NCBI GenBank assembly: GCA_965112735.1 | Contig: OZ218962.1 | Span: 2,170,001-2,234,000, forward strand | Source of the DNA: Phaeosaccion multiseriatum | Taxonomy: Eukaryota; Protista; Ochrophyta, other classes | Direction of reading: 5' to 3' | Length of the DNA: 64,000 bases | Shown here: piece by piece, positions 22,887 through 34,652 of the stretch | How the letters are laid out: the number at the start of each line of letters is the position of its first letter | How positions within the stretch are numbered: the first letter of the stretch is position 1 | Notes under the pieces: generated by a model | Database searches by the model: none | The model's input: only the letters and a program-made list of their open reading frames with translations | Told to the model about the DNA's origin: nothing | Translations under genes and position numbers: made by a program

Positions 22887-24342
22887 ACACTTTTGGTCAC
22901 CGAGGAGGAGGTGGTGAAGGAGCCCTAAACGCTTGGGTCAGAGAAAGAGAGGTCTATAGGTGATGACGATGATGATGATAAGGAGGAGGAGGAGGAGGAG
23001 GAGGAGGAGGAGGAGGAGGACGATGATGACGTCATGTTGGTGATGTTGATGTTATTGTTGTGATGATGATGATGATGATGATGATTGAAGGTTGGAGCTC
23101 TCCACACTCGGGGTCAGAGAACGAGCTCTAATCATGATGATGGCAGATGGAAGAAGGAGCTCTAGGCAAGCAAGGGAAGGGGGGGCGGTGATGGGATGGA
23201 CGAGAGAACGGGTGGGTGCGATATCGTCTTTTAGAGGAAGGGGGTGGGGGGGGGGGCGGTTTCGTCTTGGAGAGGAATTTTGGACACACCACACACATGG
23301 TGATGGTGAGGTTGTTGAAAGGCGCGTGGGCTGACGTCGGCTTGAATTGCTGACATACTGTCAGTCCGGAGCCTTGGGGGAGGGGGGGGTGGAGGGGGTC
23401 TCGTTCCGAAGCGGAGAAGGAGGGGAAGGGAGATGGTGTGCAGGGGGGAGGGGAGGGAGCAGTTACAAATATACAATATACATGACAGAAACGGAAACCA
23501 ACAATCCCATCTTTCATTTATTAGCACCACAAGTTCACCCTCACCCGCTGCCAGGCGAGGCGGTGAAATCTTCTGGGACAAGGGGGGGGGGTGCTGATCA
23601 TTAATTTTTTTTTATATCAAAAGTTAAACCAAAGTATCAATCCATCCACCACCCCCCGCACGCCATCGATCACAGACAGGAAACAGAGGAGGGCAGTTAC
23701 GCCACCCACCCTTCCCCGTCGGACCGTCGGACCAAACACATACACATACATAACAGCACGGAAACCACACCGGCTTCCAACGGATGGAGATACCATCTCG
23801 AGTCGAAGCTTCAAAATTGCTGCCCCCCCGGAGTCAGTCCCCCTCCCGCAAGGATCAATCGATCAATCATAGGAGATTACCCCGCCCTTCGCGCCGCCGG
23901 AGAGCGCACAGTCAGTGGAGAGAGTCGTGTGGTCGTTGTTGGGTCGCTCCCGACCCTCCCAGATACCCCAACAAAAAGGTAAGGCAATCAACATCCTCTC
24001 GGGGCCGACTTCCTCCATATATACTCCTTGCTTCTTCTTCCCTCGCTCCTCCTGCCATTGCTCCTGTGCTAGGCTGGCTGCCGCTGCCGCCCCCCCTTAT
24101 CTCCTCGCTCCCACGCAGCTGCTACTCATAGAGCCTTCCGCTTCTTCATGTTACAGTTACAGAAGTGTACTGACGAAGCCCTCCAGCAACGTGCGTTCCT
24201 TTTGTTTCTTTCCTTTAGCTTCGTTGGTTCGCTTCGTACCCTACAGTCTCTCACCACGACGTGGGGTGCAAAACCGCAGCGCCTCAACGATTTCCGCACC
24301 ATCTCCCCGTCGCCCACCATTGAGCCACTGCCACACCATCGC

Positions 24343-26699
24343 CTAGAACTGGGCCAGCATGATGCCCTCGGCGCCGACGCCGGGGGAGAAGGAGAAGGCG
24401 AGGCCCATGCCGTAGCCCTTCTTACCCTGCGCGAGGGCGTCGTTGTGCCTCTTGAATACACGCTCCAGCACAAACATGACGGAGGGGGAGAGCATGTTTC
24501 CGTACTCGTGCAGCACGGCCCACGAGTCCGCCGTCTGGTCCTCGGACAGGCCCAGCCCGTTCTGCGCCTCCTCGATGATGCGCCTGCCCCCCGGGTGCAC
24601 GGCCCAAAAGTCCACATCCTTCCTTTGCTTGTTGTTGCGCTGGAGGAAGCTGTCCACGTAACCGCCCATGTTCTTGGCAATGTAGTTGGGCAGGAACTTG
24701 GACAGCGTGCAGCTGATCCCGTTGGGGTTGATGGCCAGCGTGATGCCGTCCTCGGTGCCCTCCATGAGATGGCAGTGGTCGTCCACAATGCCCAGCGTAC
24801 CCTTGGGGACGGAGCTGTGCGTCTCTCCGCTCATGACTGCCGCGGCACAACCGTCGGCGAAGATGGCGTGCAGGATGGCGTCGTTGACGCTGTCCTCGAA
24901 GGTGGTGTGTACGCTGCTCAGCTCCACGCACAGCATGAGGGCGTACTTGCCCTTGTTTGTCTTGACGTAGTCGTTGGCGATGCGGAAGCCGTTCATGGCC
25001 GCTGCACAGCCCATGAAGCCGATGAGCGATCGGTCCACGCTTCGCGGCAGGCCCAGCGTGGCAATCATCTCGCAGTCGAGGCCAGGCCCCAGGAAGCCCG
25101 TGCTGCTCACCACCACCAGCTTGCTAATGTCCGACACTTCCAATCCCGCGTTGGCAATGGCTCGCCGGGCCACGTCACACACGAGAGGCACGGCCTTCTC
25201 CTTGAACTTGTCGAGGCGGGTGTTGACGGGGATGTTAAAGTCTCCCTCGGGTTTGTCTTTGCTGAAGAAGAACATGGGGTCGCCCTCCTCCGCTCTGTCG
25301 GGCGTAAAGTCGGGGACGGCAAAGTAGCGGCTGCCGATGCGGCTGTTGCCGTAGATGCGCTCCAGCACGGGCTTGACTCCCTCGCAGCCGGGCGCCTTTT
25401 GCGCGATCTTGAGGGCCTCGCCCTGTGTGCAGCGATACTGGGGGTTGCCCACCGCCATGCCCTTGATCACCGGCACCACCTTCTCCTCCTCCTTGCCCGA
25501 CATGGCAAAGGCTGCTTGGCATCGGAGGAGGGAGGGAGGGGGGGAAGAGGACGGGGAGGAGGAGGAGGAGGAGGAGGGGCGAGGGGGAGGAGGGGGAGGA
25601 GGGGGAGGAGGGGGAGGAGAGGGAGGAGGGAGAGGAGGAGGAGCGAGGGGGAGGAGGGGGAGGAGGGGGAGGGGGAGGAGAAGGGAGAAGGACGAAGGAG
25701 AGGCGGGCATGGAGTGGTAGCCAAAATAACGGAGGGAAGAGCAGCGGTGCCGGTGGGTTAGGCACGGTTGTGAAGGTCGGGCAGAGCAAGCCAGGACCCA
25801 TGTCGTACACGGATTCGTCGAGACCAAGGGGTGGGGTGAGCTTTGTGTGGTCAGTGGTAATGGTAGTGGAAGCGATGGCGTACGGAGGAGCCAACCGTAA
25901 CGGCCTCGTGCTTCCATTCGCCATTGGGTGTGGCTCGGCGTGGTACTGTACCACCAGCAAGTCCGACAACGCAACCAATCATGCTGCTCCGACTACTACC
26001 AGCTGCCCAGCATATTCTCTTTCTTCTTTCTTCCCCTTCACCCGTCCCCTTTTTTCCTTTCTATCTATCTCTTCTTGTACTGATGTCCTTTGATTCTCTC
26101 TCTCTTTTCTCGACGGGCTGTTCTAGCCCTCCCGTAGTCGCCAGTTAAGCAGACAAAGCATGCTTAGTCTGCGCATGCCTCTTAACTATGATCAGCAGTG
26201 TGCTTTCATCCACGCGTCATGATTCGGGCACCCTAGGCGCCAGACCATGCCAACTCCCCGCGCTCCCCGCCGCGTGCTTCCCACACGCAAAACACAGCCT
26301 CTGCCACAAGTCCCGTTGTGGGCTCTCTGTGCTGCTTGCCTCATTCTTGCCTCATTGCTTTTAGCCCGATCGTCCGTTATATGGCGAAGTAAGCTCCCTC
26401 CGTCCCTCCGTCTTACTTTGTGCAACTGGAACGCTCTGCTCACTTCCGACACCCACACCATTGGATACTTTCCTTTCCCCACAACCCGCCCTACACGCCA
26501 TCGCCTCTAGCCCTGCACACGGCGGTATGCTAGCCCTTTATTACCACTCAGTCAGTTCCTCTTCTTCCTCGTTATATCGCTGGTTGGCCCGCCTTCCCTC
26601 TCACTCACCGTACAGCAGCGCGATCAGGACACACAACCCGGCTACCTGCACCGGAAGCTCCCTCACGAGGGCCATAGCCTGTTCCTGCATGGTCTCCAT
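24343..26699 (-). CDS. Type III polyketide synthase copy A (brown-algal PKS1/phloroglucinol-synthase-like), 2 exons, ~419 aa
   Basis: Exon 1 26699-26609 (METMQEQAMALVRELPVQVAGLCVLIALLY, donor G|GTGAGT); exon 2 25511-24343 after pyrimidine tract and CAG acceptor, phase compatible. Catalytic triad GFMGC, AVHPGG, YGNM; C-terminal FSFSPGVGAEG. Confidence 0.93.
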
Positions 26700-26980
26700 C
26701 TCGCTCAATGTGGCCGTCTCAGCTTCAGCTGGGAGCGCGAAGAGCCAGCGTTAGGAAAGGTAGGGAGAGTAATAACCATACAAGGGCGAATTGAAAAGAC
26801 GGAATGTAACGGTGATTGTAACGGGTGATTGTAACGGCATGTAACCGCGGTTTTCCGATTTTCCATTTTCCATTTTTTCTTCTTGGGGCAGCTCCCTCCA
26901 CTATTGCAGCAGCCACGCCACAAGGACTATTGCAAGGCAGCCCATCAACCTTGTGTTGTCTCTGCGTTGGTCAGGTCACC
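26700..26980. promoter_or_regulatory. Putative bidirectional promoter between the two PKS start codons, with four TGTAAC(G/C)G repeats
   Basis: 281 bp between divergent ATGs. TGTAACGG at 26805, 26817, 26830; TGTAACCG at 26840 overlapping the palindrome AACCGCGGTT; then three TTTTCC repeats. Confidence 0.6.
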
Positions 26981-28567
26981 ATGATCGCAGTAGCAGGTGT
27001 TATGGACGCCTCCGTCGCGCTTCTCCATGAGGTGCCCGTGCAAGTAGCCCTACTTTGCCTGCTCCTGTCCGTGCTCTATGGTGAGTCACATGTGATTTGT
27101 GCGAGAAGCCGAGAGAGAGACGGGCAAGGCCTGACTGAATGTGTGTGTCATGTGAATGTCGCTAGCTCCGCCAGACAGGGTCGGCCTTCTGGCTGAAGAG
27201 GGAGGAAAAAGTAAAAAAAAAGGGGAGATCCTCATTCATGATCCATAATTTGCTCCACCTCAACAAGAAACCCCTCGCCCCTCCTCCCCCTCGCTCCTCC
27301 TTCCCCTCCTCGTCCTCGTCCTCCTCCCCCTCGTCCCTCCTCCTCCTCCTCCTCCCCGTCCTCTTCCCCCCCTCCCTCCCTCCTCCGATGCCAAGCAGCC
27401 TTTGCCATGTCGGGCAAGAAGGAGGAGAAGGTGGTGCCGGTGATCAAGGGCATGGCGGTGGGCAACCCCCAGTATCGCTGCACACAGGGCGAGGCCCTCA
27501 AGATCGCGCAAAAGGCGCCCGGCTGCGAGGGAGTCAAGCCCGTGCTGGAGCGCATCTACGGCAACAGCCGCATCGGCAGCGGCTACTTTGCCGTCCCCGA
27601 CTTTACGCCCGACAGAGCGGAGGAGGGCGACCCCATGTTCTTTTTCAGCAAAGACAAACCCGAGGGAGACTTTAACATCCCCGTCAACACCCGCCTCGAC
27701 AAGTTCAAGGAGAAGGCCGTGCCTCTCGTGTGTGACGTGGCCCGGCGAGCCATTGCCAACGCGGGATTGGAAGTGTCGGACATTAGCAAGCTGGTGGTGG
27801 TGAGCAGCACGGGCTTCCTGGGGCCTGGCCTCGACTGCGAGATGATTGCCACGCTGGGCCTGCCGCGAAGCGTGGACCGATCGCTCATCGGCTTCATGGG
27901 CTGTGCAGCGGCCATGAACGGCTTCCGCATCGCCAACGACTACGTCAAGACAAACAAGGGCAAGTACGCCCTCATGCTGTGCGTGGAGCTGAGCAGCGTA
28001 CACACCACCTTCGAGGACAGCGTCAACGACGCCATCCTGCACGCCATCTTCGCCGACGGTTGTGCCGCGGCAGTCATGAGCGGAGAGACGCACAGCTCCG
28101 TCCCCAAGGGTACGCTGGGCATTGTGGACGACCACTGCCATCTCATGGAGGGCACCGAGGACGGCATCACGCTGGCCATCAACCCCAACGGGATCAGCTG
28201 CACGCTGTCCAAGTTCCTGCCCAACTACATTGCCAAGAACATGGGCGGTTACGTGGACAGCTTCCTCCAGCGCAACAACAAGCAAAGGAAGGATGTGGAC
28301 TTTTGGGCCGTGCACCCGGGGGGCAGGCGCATCATCGAGGAGGCGCAGAACGGGCTGGGCCTGTCCGAGGACCAGACGGCGGACTCGTGGGCCGTGCTGC
28401 ACGAGTACGGAAACATGCTCTCCCCCTCCGTCATGTTTGTGCTGGAGCGTGTATTCAAGAGGCACAACGACGCCCTCGCGCAGGGTAAGAAGGGCTACGG
28501 CATGGGCCTCGCCTTCTCCTTCTCCCCCGGCGTCGGCGCCGAGGGCATCATGCTGGCCCAGTTCTAG
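26981..28567 (+). CDS. Type III polyketide synthase copy B, 2 exons, ~422 aa
   Basis: Exon 1 26981-27080 (MIAVAGVMDASVALLHEVPVQVALLCLLLSVLY, donor G|GTGAGT; alternative ATG at 27002); exon 2 27399-28567. Triad Cys 27902, His 28313, Asn 28412. Confidence 0.93.
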
Positions 28568-29313
28568 GCGATGGTGTGGCAGTGGCTCAATGGTGGGCGA
28601 GTGACACTGTTGTCGTAGCGTACATGTTGCGTATATTATTGCCCCTGCTGTGCGCCGACGATGGGGGCAACGCGCGGTATGTTATCGTCCAATCGCACGC
28701 ATTTGCGTTCGGTGGAGATGGAACGGGGATGGTTGCTTGGCAGAAAGGGAACCAACACCGAGGGTGATGATGGGAAGAAGTGGACGGAGAAGGAGGAGGT
28801 GGAAAGGGAGGAGGAGGAGGAGGAGGAGGAGGAGGAGGAGTATCGGTGCATGAAGTGCCATCACTTTTCGGGGAAGGCACCATGTGGCGCGACTTACAGC
28901 AACAAAGAATGGTGCCATGTGTTTCGTAGGGGGGCGGCGGCTAAGGGGGTAGGGGTGTGTGGCTCGCGGTAGAGGGGAAGATCCTCCACCGATGGAGCCC
29001 AGAGGAGAGGCAGGAGGGGAAGGGGTAAAAACTCTGACAGGAGGGGAAGGAGTTAAGGCCCTTTACTATAACCATAGGCGGCGTTGATCGACAGTTATAC
29101 GATGACGCACAGCACACGTAAAACACGTCTACTTATTTACGAGTATCCACTCTCTTCTAAGCAGTAGCGACCGACTGTGCGTGCTGTATAACCAACTGCT
29201 CCCGCCACGCTGCTGTATCACCAACTGTGCTGCTGTGCCGCTGGTGCTGGTGCCGGCTCGCGTCTTCCGCGTCTATAACCTCACACTACGAGCCTCCATG
29301 CCCCTCCATCCTG

Positions 29314-29500
29314 CAGACCGGCCCAGCCCAACAGAGCTGAGTCAACCCAACAGGCCGGCCCAGCCCAACAGAGCTGAGCTCAACCCAACAGACCGGCCCA
29401 GCCCAACAGAGCTGAGTCAACCCAACAGACCGGCCCAGCCCAACAGAGCTGAGTCAACCCAACAGACCGGCCCAGCCCAACAGAGCTGAGCTCAACCCAA
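29314..29500. repeat. Minisatellite, five copies of a 37/38-bp unit (cagaccggcccagcccaacagagctgag[c]tcaacccaa)
   Basis: Directly visible; intergenic between the PKS copy B and STX18 3' ends; no spacers. Confidence 0.92.
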
Positions 29501-30470
29501 CTCTTCCTTCAACCCCCGCCCGCCCGGTTATGGTTATGGGTACGCTTCGCTTCTCCCTTCCCCAGCGGAGAACAAATAGGGCACCCAGGGGGGGGGCGTT
29601 GATTTGACACGCGCGCCCACCATTTAGGGCGGCGAGAGCCGTTTCGGTTTCAGTTTCAGTTTCAGTTTCGAGCTCCAGTCCCAATTCGTTCCTCCCTAGA
29701 AGCGACACACCTCACCTCACGTCCCCGAAAAACATGCTGAAATCGCCTCCCCTGCTGGTGACCGTGCCAGCATGCGGGTGGGGTGAAGCTGTGGTGGAAC
29801 TGGACTGCTGTCTTGCCGTCCTTTGGTCCTTTGAGCCTTTCTTCTCTGCGGCAAGTCAGGCCAAGTCAAGCCAAGCCAAGTCGCTGTATCAGAGCGCAAA
29901 CCCTTTCAGGGAAGGAAGAAGGCTGTTTCGCCTCGCTTCGCCTCGCTTCCCCTTCCCCTTCCCTTCCCCTTCCCTTCCTCAACACCCATAGCGCCGCTGC
30001 TGGTTGTAGCGTCGTGCGTAGCACCATTTCCATGGGGTGGGTTTGGGTTCCAAACCTCTCCCTCCGTCATACCCAAGTTAGGAGGGAGGAGGCAGGCCGT
30101 GAGTGGGGGGGCTTCCAAGGCAGCCCGACCCCTCGTAAGAGACCCCACGACAGTCAAGTGCACAGCCGCTCGAAGCTACGGCTAGGGAGAGTCACCTCCA
30201 CTCCTCTCTCCCTCACCTCATCTCATGGCTGCGGCGGCGAGATACCTCTGCTCTCCTACCCTCTACGGCTATGGCGAGTAGCAAGTGCAGAGAGAGGAGC
30301 ATCACCTTCCCTCTCTTCTTCCCTCCTCCTCTCTTCGGTGAGTCACCTCCCCTCTTTGGGGGACGGCGCGTGACTGAGGCAACTCTTCATCACCATGAGT
30401 ATCTCCCGGTTGACTTTAGTACTCTTCCTCCTCTAATCATCTCCCCTCTCCCCTCTCCTCCTCTCTACGG

Positions 30471-30782
30471 CTACGGTGAGTAGTAGTGTAGAAAGAGGAG
30501 CATAAGACTGGCCCCGACCATGAAGCATGAGTACAACTTGCGGAAACCCCCCCTGTAGCAAGAGGTACAGAACGTGCAGGAGGGGAGGGGAGGGGAGGGG
30601 AGGGGAGGGGAGGGGAGGGGCACGCAGTAGCACGAAGGGGGACAGGCCAGGTAAGTAACAAAGAAAACAGATCATGAGAAGAGAAGGGTTATATATTCCT
30701 GAGTTCGTCAGTGAGGCGATAAAGCCTTCGCCCATAGCATTACGCTCGCAAGTACGCACGCACATATGCACGCACACACACA

Positions 30783-30826
<44 letters not shown>

Positions 30827-31227
30827 CTCACGCGTATATACGTACCCTCTCTTGATGGCCTTCTCGAGATGTTTCCCACCCTGGGAGACGGAACTTGTGG
30901 CCTGCACCGCTTGATCGTACACGAACTCCACCTGCACGCACACACACACACATAAGCACATACACACACATAAACACATACACAGGCACATCGTACCGGC
31001 AGGAAATTGGACAGGAAAAGGTGAGTGGATGGACTTCCCTTCGCACCCCCCTCCCTCCCCCCCCCCCACCCTCCCTCACTCACCTCCGCCTGCTGCTCCA
31101 CCACCTTGCTGGAGAAGAGACTCATGAGCCCGCTTATCTCCGCCATTTTGCCCTCCATCTGTCTCACATCATCGGCCTCGTTCAGCAGTGAGCTCAGCAG
31201 AGCCGAGTTCTCACTCTCCAGCACCAT

Positions 31228-31270
<43 letters not shown>

Positions 31271-32053
31271 ATCACCAACTGCTGCTGCTGTGGGGGTGGA
31301 AGTGGGGGTTGCTCTGCGGATGCTGCCTCTGTAGCTTGGATCACCTGAAGCTAGTGGTGGCGGTGGTGAGGGGGGTGGTGGTGAGGAACAAGCAAAGTAT
31401 GTGCATGTATGTAGGAGGTGTAGAAATACCATGAGGGGGTGCAACTGACAAGACGAGGCCAGCCAATCTGGATGCCAGCCAAGCTCCAGGCTACTAACTG
31501 GTTGCCCATGTGTATCTTCCCTCCCCACCCACCCCCCCACCCCGCCCTCCTTTCTCTCTCATATCTGGTGGTGGCCGTACCTGCAAACAACCGTCAGCCC
31601 CTTTCTCCCGACTACCCTACCACCTTTCAGTCGCTACTCCAAGGCACAGCTCTCTCTCTCGCTCGCTGGCTGCCCCCTGCTCACCACCCCACCGCCCATC
31701 TCTCCCTCCCTCCCTCCCTCCCTCTCCCTCCCTCTCCCTCCCTCCCTCCCTCTCCCTCCCTCTCCCTCCCTCCCTCCCTCCCTCCCTCTCCCTCCCTCTC
31801 TCCCTCCCTCCCTCCCTCCCTCCCTCCCTCCCTCCCTCCCTCCCTCCCTCCCTCCCTCCCTCCTTCCCTCCCTCCCTCCCTCTCTCCCTCCCTCCCTCCC
31901 TCCCTCCCTCCATCCATCCCTCCCTCCCTCCCTCCCTCCCTCTCCCTCCCTCCCTCCTTCCCTCACCTTTTCTTCTTCCCGCATTGCCGACTCCACTTTG
32001 CTCCCCTCCGCACTCGTAGTCTCACCACCATCTGCAGCACCCTTGCCACTACT

Positions 32054-32129
<76 letters not shown>

Positions 32130-34257
32130 GTGGTGGTGGTGGTGGTCCTGCTGCTGGGGGTGGCGGCGGTGGTGGTGCGACTGGAGCTCTTGTCTGCGGC
32201 TGTGCTTGTGAGGGTGGTAAAGTCGAAACTCTCATTATAGAAGCAGTCCATGAAGAGGGCCTCCTCCTCCTTCTCCTCGGGGCTGAGACGTTCGAACTTG
32301 CGCCGATCTTCGTCATACATACGGGGCAAACCTTTCCCTCCGCTGCTCGAACAACACCAACCATCATCGCAAGCCCCAGTAGCAACAGCAGTTGGTGATA
32401 CAGCAACAGTGAATGTCGGTGGGCAGGTGCGGGGGGTGGGGGGGCGTTACACCAGATGGCAGCAGATGAGAGAGCAACGGCCAATGAATTGAACTTAGGA
32501 GTGAGCAGTGAGGCGGGGCTCTTGTCGATGACAAAACCGCGGGGGAGGGAAAACGAAAGTCCTTGTGTTCGACTTGCGCAGCTAAAAAAAAAGGTGCATG
32601 GGGCTCACATACACATGCGCACGCACACACACACGCACGTACGCACGTACGCAAACACGCACAAGCACACGCATGCACACCACGCATGCATAGTTTCACC
32701 TCGGCAATGGCTGCTAAGGCCGTCCCCCGACACATTCCGTACCTGTCCACCGGCCCCCCGTAAAAGCGAGATTTCCGAGCCGCTGCACTCCTTTTGGGAG
32801 GCACCGCACCGCACAATCCAAACACACACACACACACATACACATACACATACAGAGAGAGAGAGAGCCCAAGCACACACGGAGAAAGGAGGAGGAGAGA
32901 GATGGAGGGAGGGGAGTGGACAGAGGAGGAGGAGGAGGAGGAGGAGGAGGAGGAGGAGGAGGAGGAGGAGGAGGAGGAGGAGGAGGAGAGAGGAGAAGGA
33001 GAGAGGAGGGAGAGCGCGTACGCGGGGGGGGGAGAGGGGGAGAGGGGGAGAGGGGGAGAGGGGGGAGGGATGGAGGTAACGACAGGGCAGGGTAGGCAGG
33101 GCAGAAGCAGGGCGAAACAAATGTCAGGTGTCAGGATGAAAAAGTAACAGTCAGGACAAGAAATTTATGTCTCTTTTTGCGATAACCAACAGCCAACAAC
33201 CGCTGACTACACCCTAAACGAAGGCTATTAACGCTCACCTGTGCCGCTCGGCCTGCAGGGCCTCGGCAAGTGACGTCACCTCTTGCAGCCTCTCAAACAG
33301 TGACGTCACCACCGCGTGCTCGTGAGCCAGACGCTGCGGCAGAGAAGAAGAGGCCGATCCGTCGCTACTGACACCGCCACCACCACCACCATCACCAACA
33401 CCACCGCCACCGCTGCTGCTGCTGTTGCTTCTCCTGTTGGTACTCTGCGGAGAGCGAGCGAGCGAGAGAAAGGAGAGAAGAGAGAGGGGAAGAAACACAC
33501 AAGAGGGAGGGGAGTGAGGGTAATCATGAACTCATTATCAAATTGAGATGTGAAATAAACGAAGTAAGGGAGGGAGGGAGGGAAGAGTGGAGGGGACGGG
33601 ACGCGAGAGGAGAGGACGGGACAGGAGGGGGGAGGGGGGGAGGGGAGAGAAGGTAAGGGGAGGGGAGGGGACCGTACTTGACTCTCAAACTGCAGCATCT
33701 GCCCGGCGACGAGGGTTTTCAGGCCCTGCACGCCTCTCGCACAAGTGGCGACGAAGCGAGCGGCCTCTCTGTCGATGGAGTCTCTGGAGGCCTCCGTCAT
33801 GGAAGAGGCCTATTTGGTTGTTGCATCAGAGGGAGGGGTGAATGAGGGGCAGAGGGGCACGAGGGGGTGAGGAGGACGATGGTAGGGCAGGGAGATTGCT
33901 GGCTCGTTGGTGAGGAATGGAAGCTCTACTGATGTGAGACCACGGGGCAAGACCTACGCTCACCAGTGAAGGAACTGCCCAATGGACGTCCATGTAGTCC
34001 GTTGCGTGCTGCCTTAGGAAGGAGCCCATTTCCGCCAGATTGGCCACCATTTCCAGCGCTTGCTGACTGAAGGGCGACAGCCGCGGTGGCCGCTTCTGCT
34101 GCCCGAGCCGGTGTGGCTCCTGAAGCTGCTGGATGCGGTCATCAAACGATGTCACCCCCCCTCCCGCAAAAGTAGAGTCCGGATCATTGGAGGCTCCTCC
34201 TGCTGCCGCCGCTTGCCGTTGCAGACAAACCTCCCACGCTCTACTCACGTCCACCAT
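30471..34257 (-). CDS. STX18: Syntaxin-18/Ufe1-like ER Qa-SNARE, multi-exon
   Basis: MTEASRDSIDREAARFVATC (syntaxin-18 N-terminal motif), AHEHAVVTSLFERL, SNARE motif ESENSALL...VRQMEGKMAEISGLMSLFSSKVVEQQAEVEFVYDQAVQATSSVSQGGKHLEKA, C-terminal TM FMVGASLMLLFLHYY with stop at 30471-30473. Confidence 0.88.
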
Positions 34258-34652
34258 TTCCTTTAAAAGATTTTTGGCTTCTCCTCCTCTAGGGGGGAAT
34301 CTGGATGGCCAACTTGAGTTCACAGCTGGCGCGACAGTTTCATTATTTTTTTCTCCTTGATCCGTACTTGCAACACTACCTCAAATCTCAATATATAGAG
34401 TAGTAGCAGCTTTTTTTACGTAGTCAGACGCAGTAATAGCTCTTAAAGAACTCTACAGCAGTTGGTAGGGCATACAGCAGCAGCAGGCAGGAGGATAAGG
34501 GAGAAGGAAAGGGGAGGGGGGGGGGGCGGGAGGATTGAAAATGGCCCAAGCAAGCTGCTTGCCTCCGTCGTCTTCCCTCTTTCCCTGTCTACTTCCACGC
34601 TAGCTGGTGGCTATTGGTGCACGCCAGAGAGAGAGGCGGGGTGGAGTCGAAT

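Larger units (their letters stand above)
24310..28600. repeat. Large inverted repeat: arms ~24310-25660 and ~27270-28600 around a non-repeated spacer
   Basis: Matching positions sum to 52910 across the catalytic exons. Identity runs to 33 nt past the stop codons and decays in the low-complexity intron tract on the inner side. Confidence 0.95.

Noticed and set aside
24148-25761. Long antisense ORFs over the PKS genes (537 aa +, and 401 aa - at 27260-28465)
   Set aside because: Shadow ORFs produced by GC3-rich codon usage on the opposite strand; no independent motifs.
24343-25974. 543-aa version of PKS copy A with a Pro/Ser-rich N-terminus
   Set aside because: The extension reads through the intron's low-complexity tract; a proper exon 1 at 26609-26699 fits the splice phase and matches copy B.
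29314-29500. CRISPR-like array
   Set aside because: Units are directly adjacent with no unique spacers, no cas genes, eukaryotic context.
20008-34257. Biosynthetic gene cluster around the PKS pair
   Set aside because: Neighbours are Mpv17/PMP22 and syntaxin-18; no tailoring enzymes, halogenases or dedicated transporters are visible.
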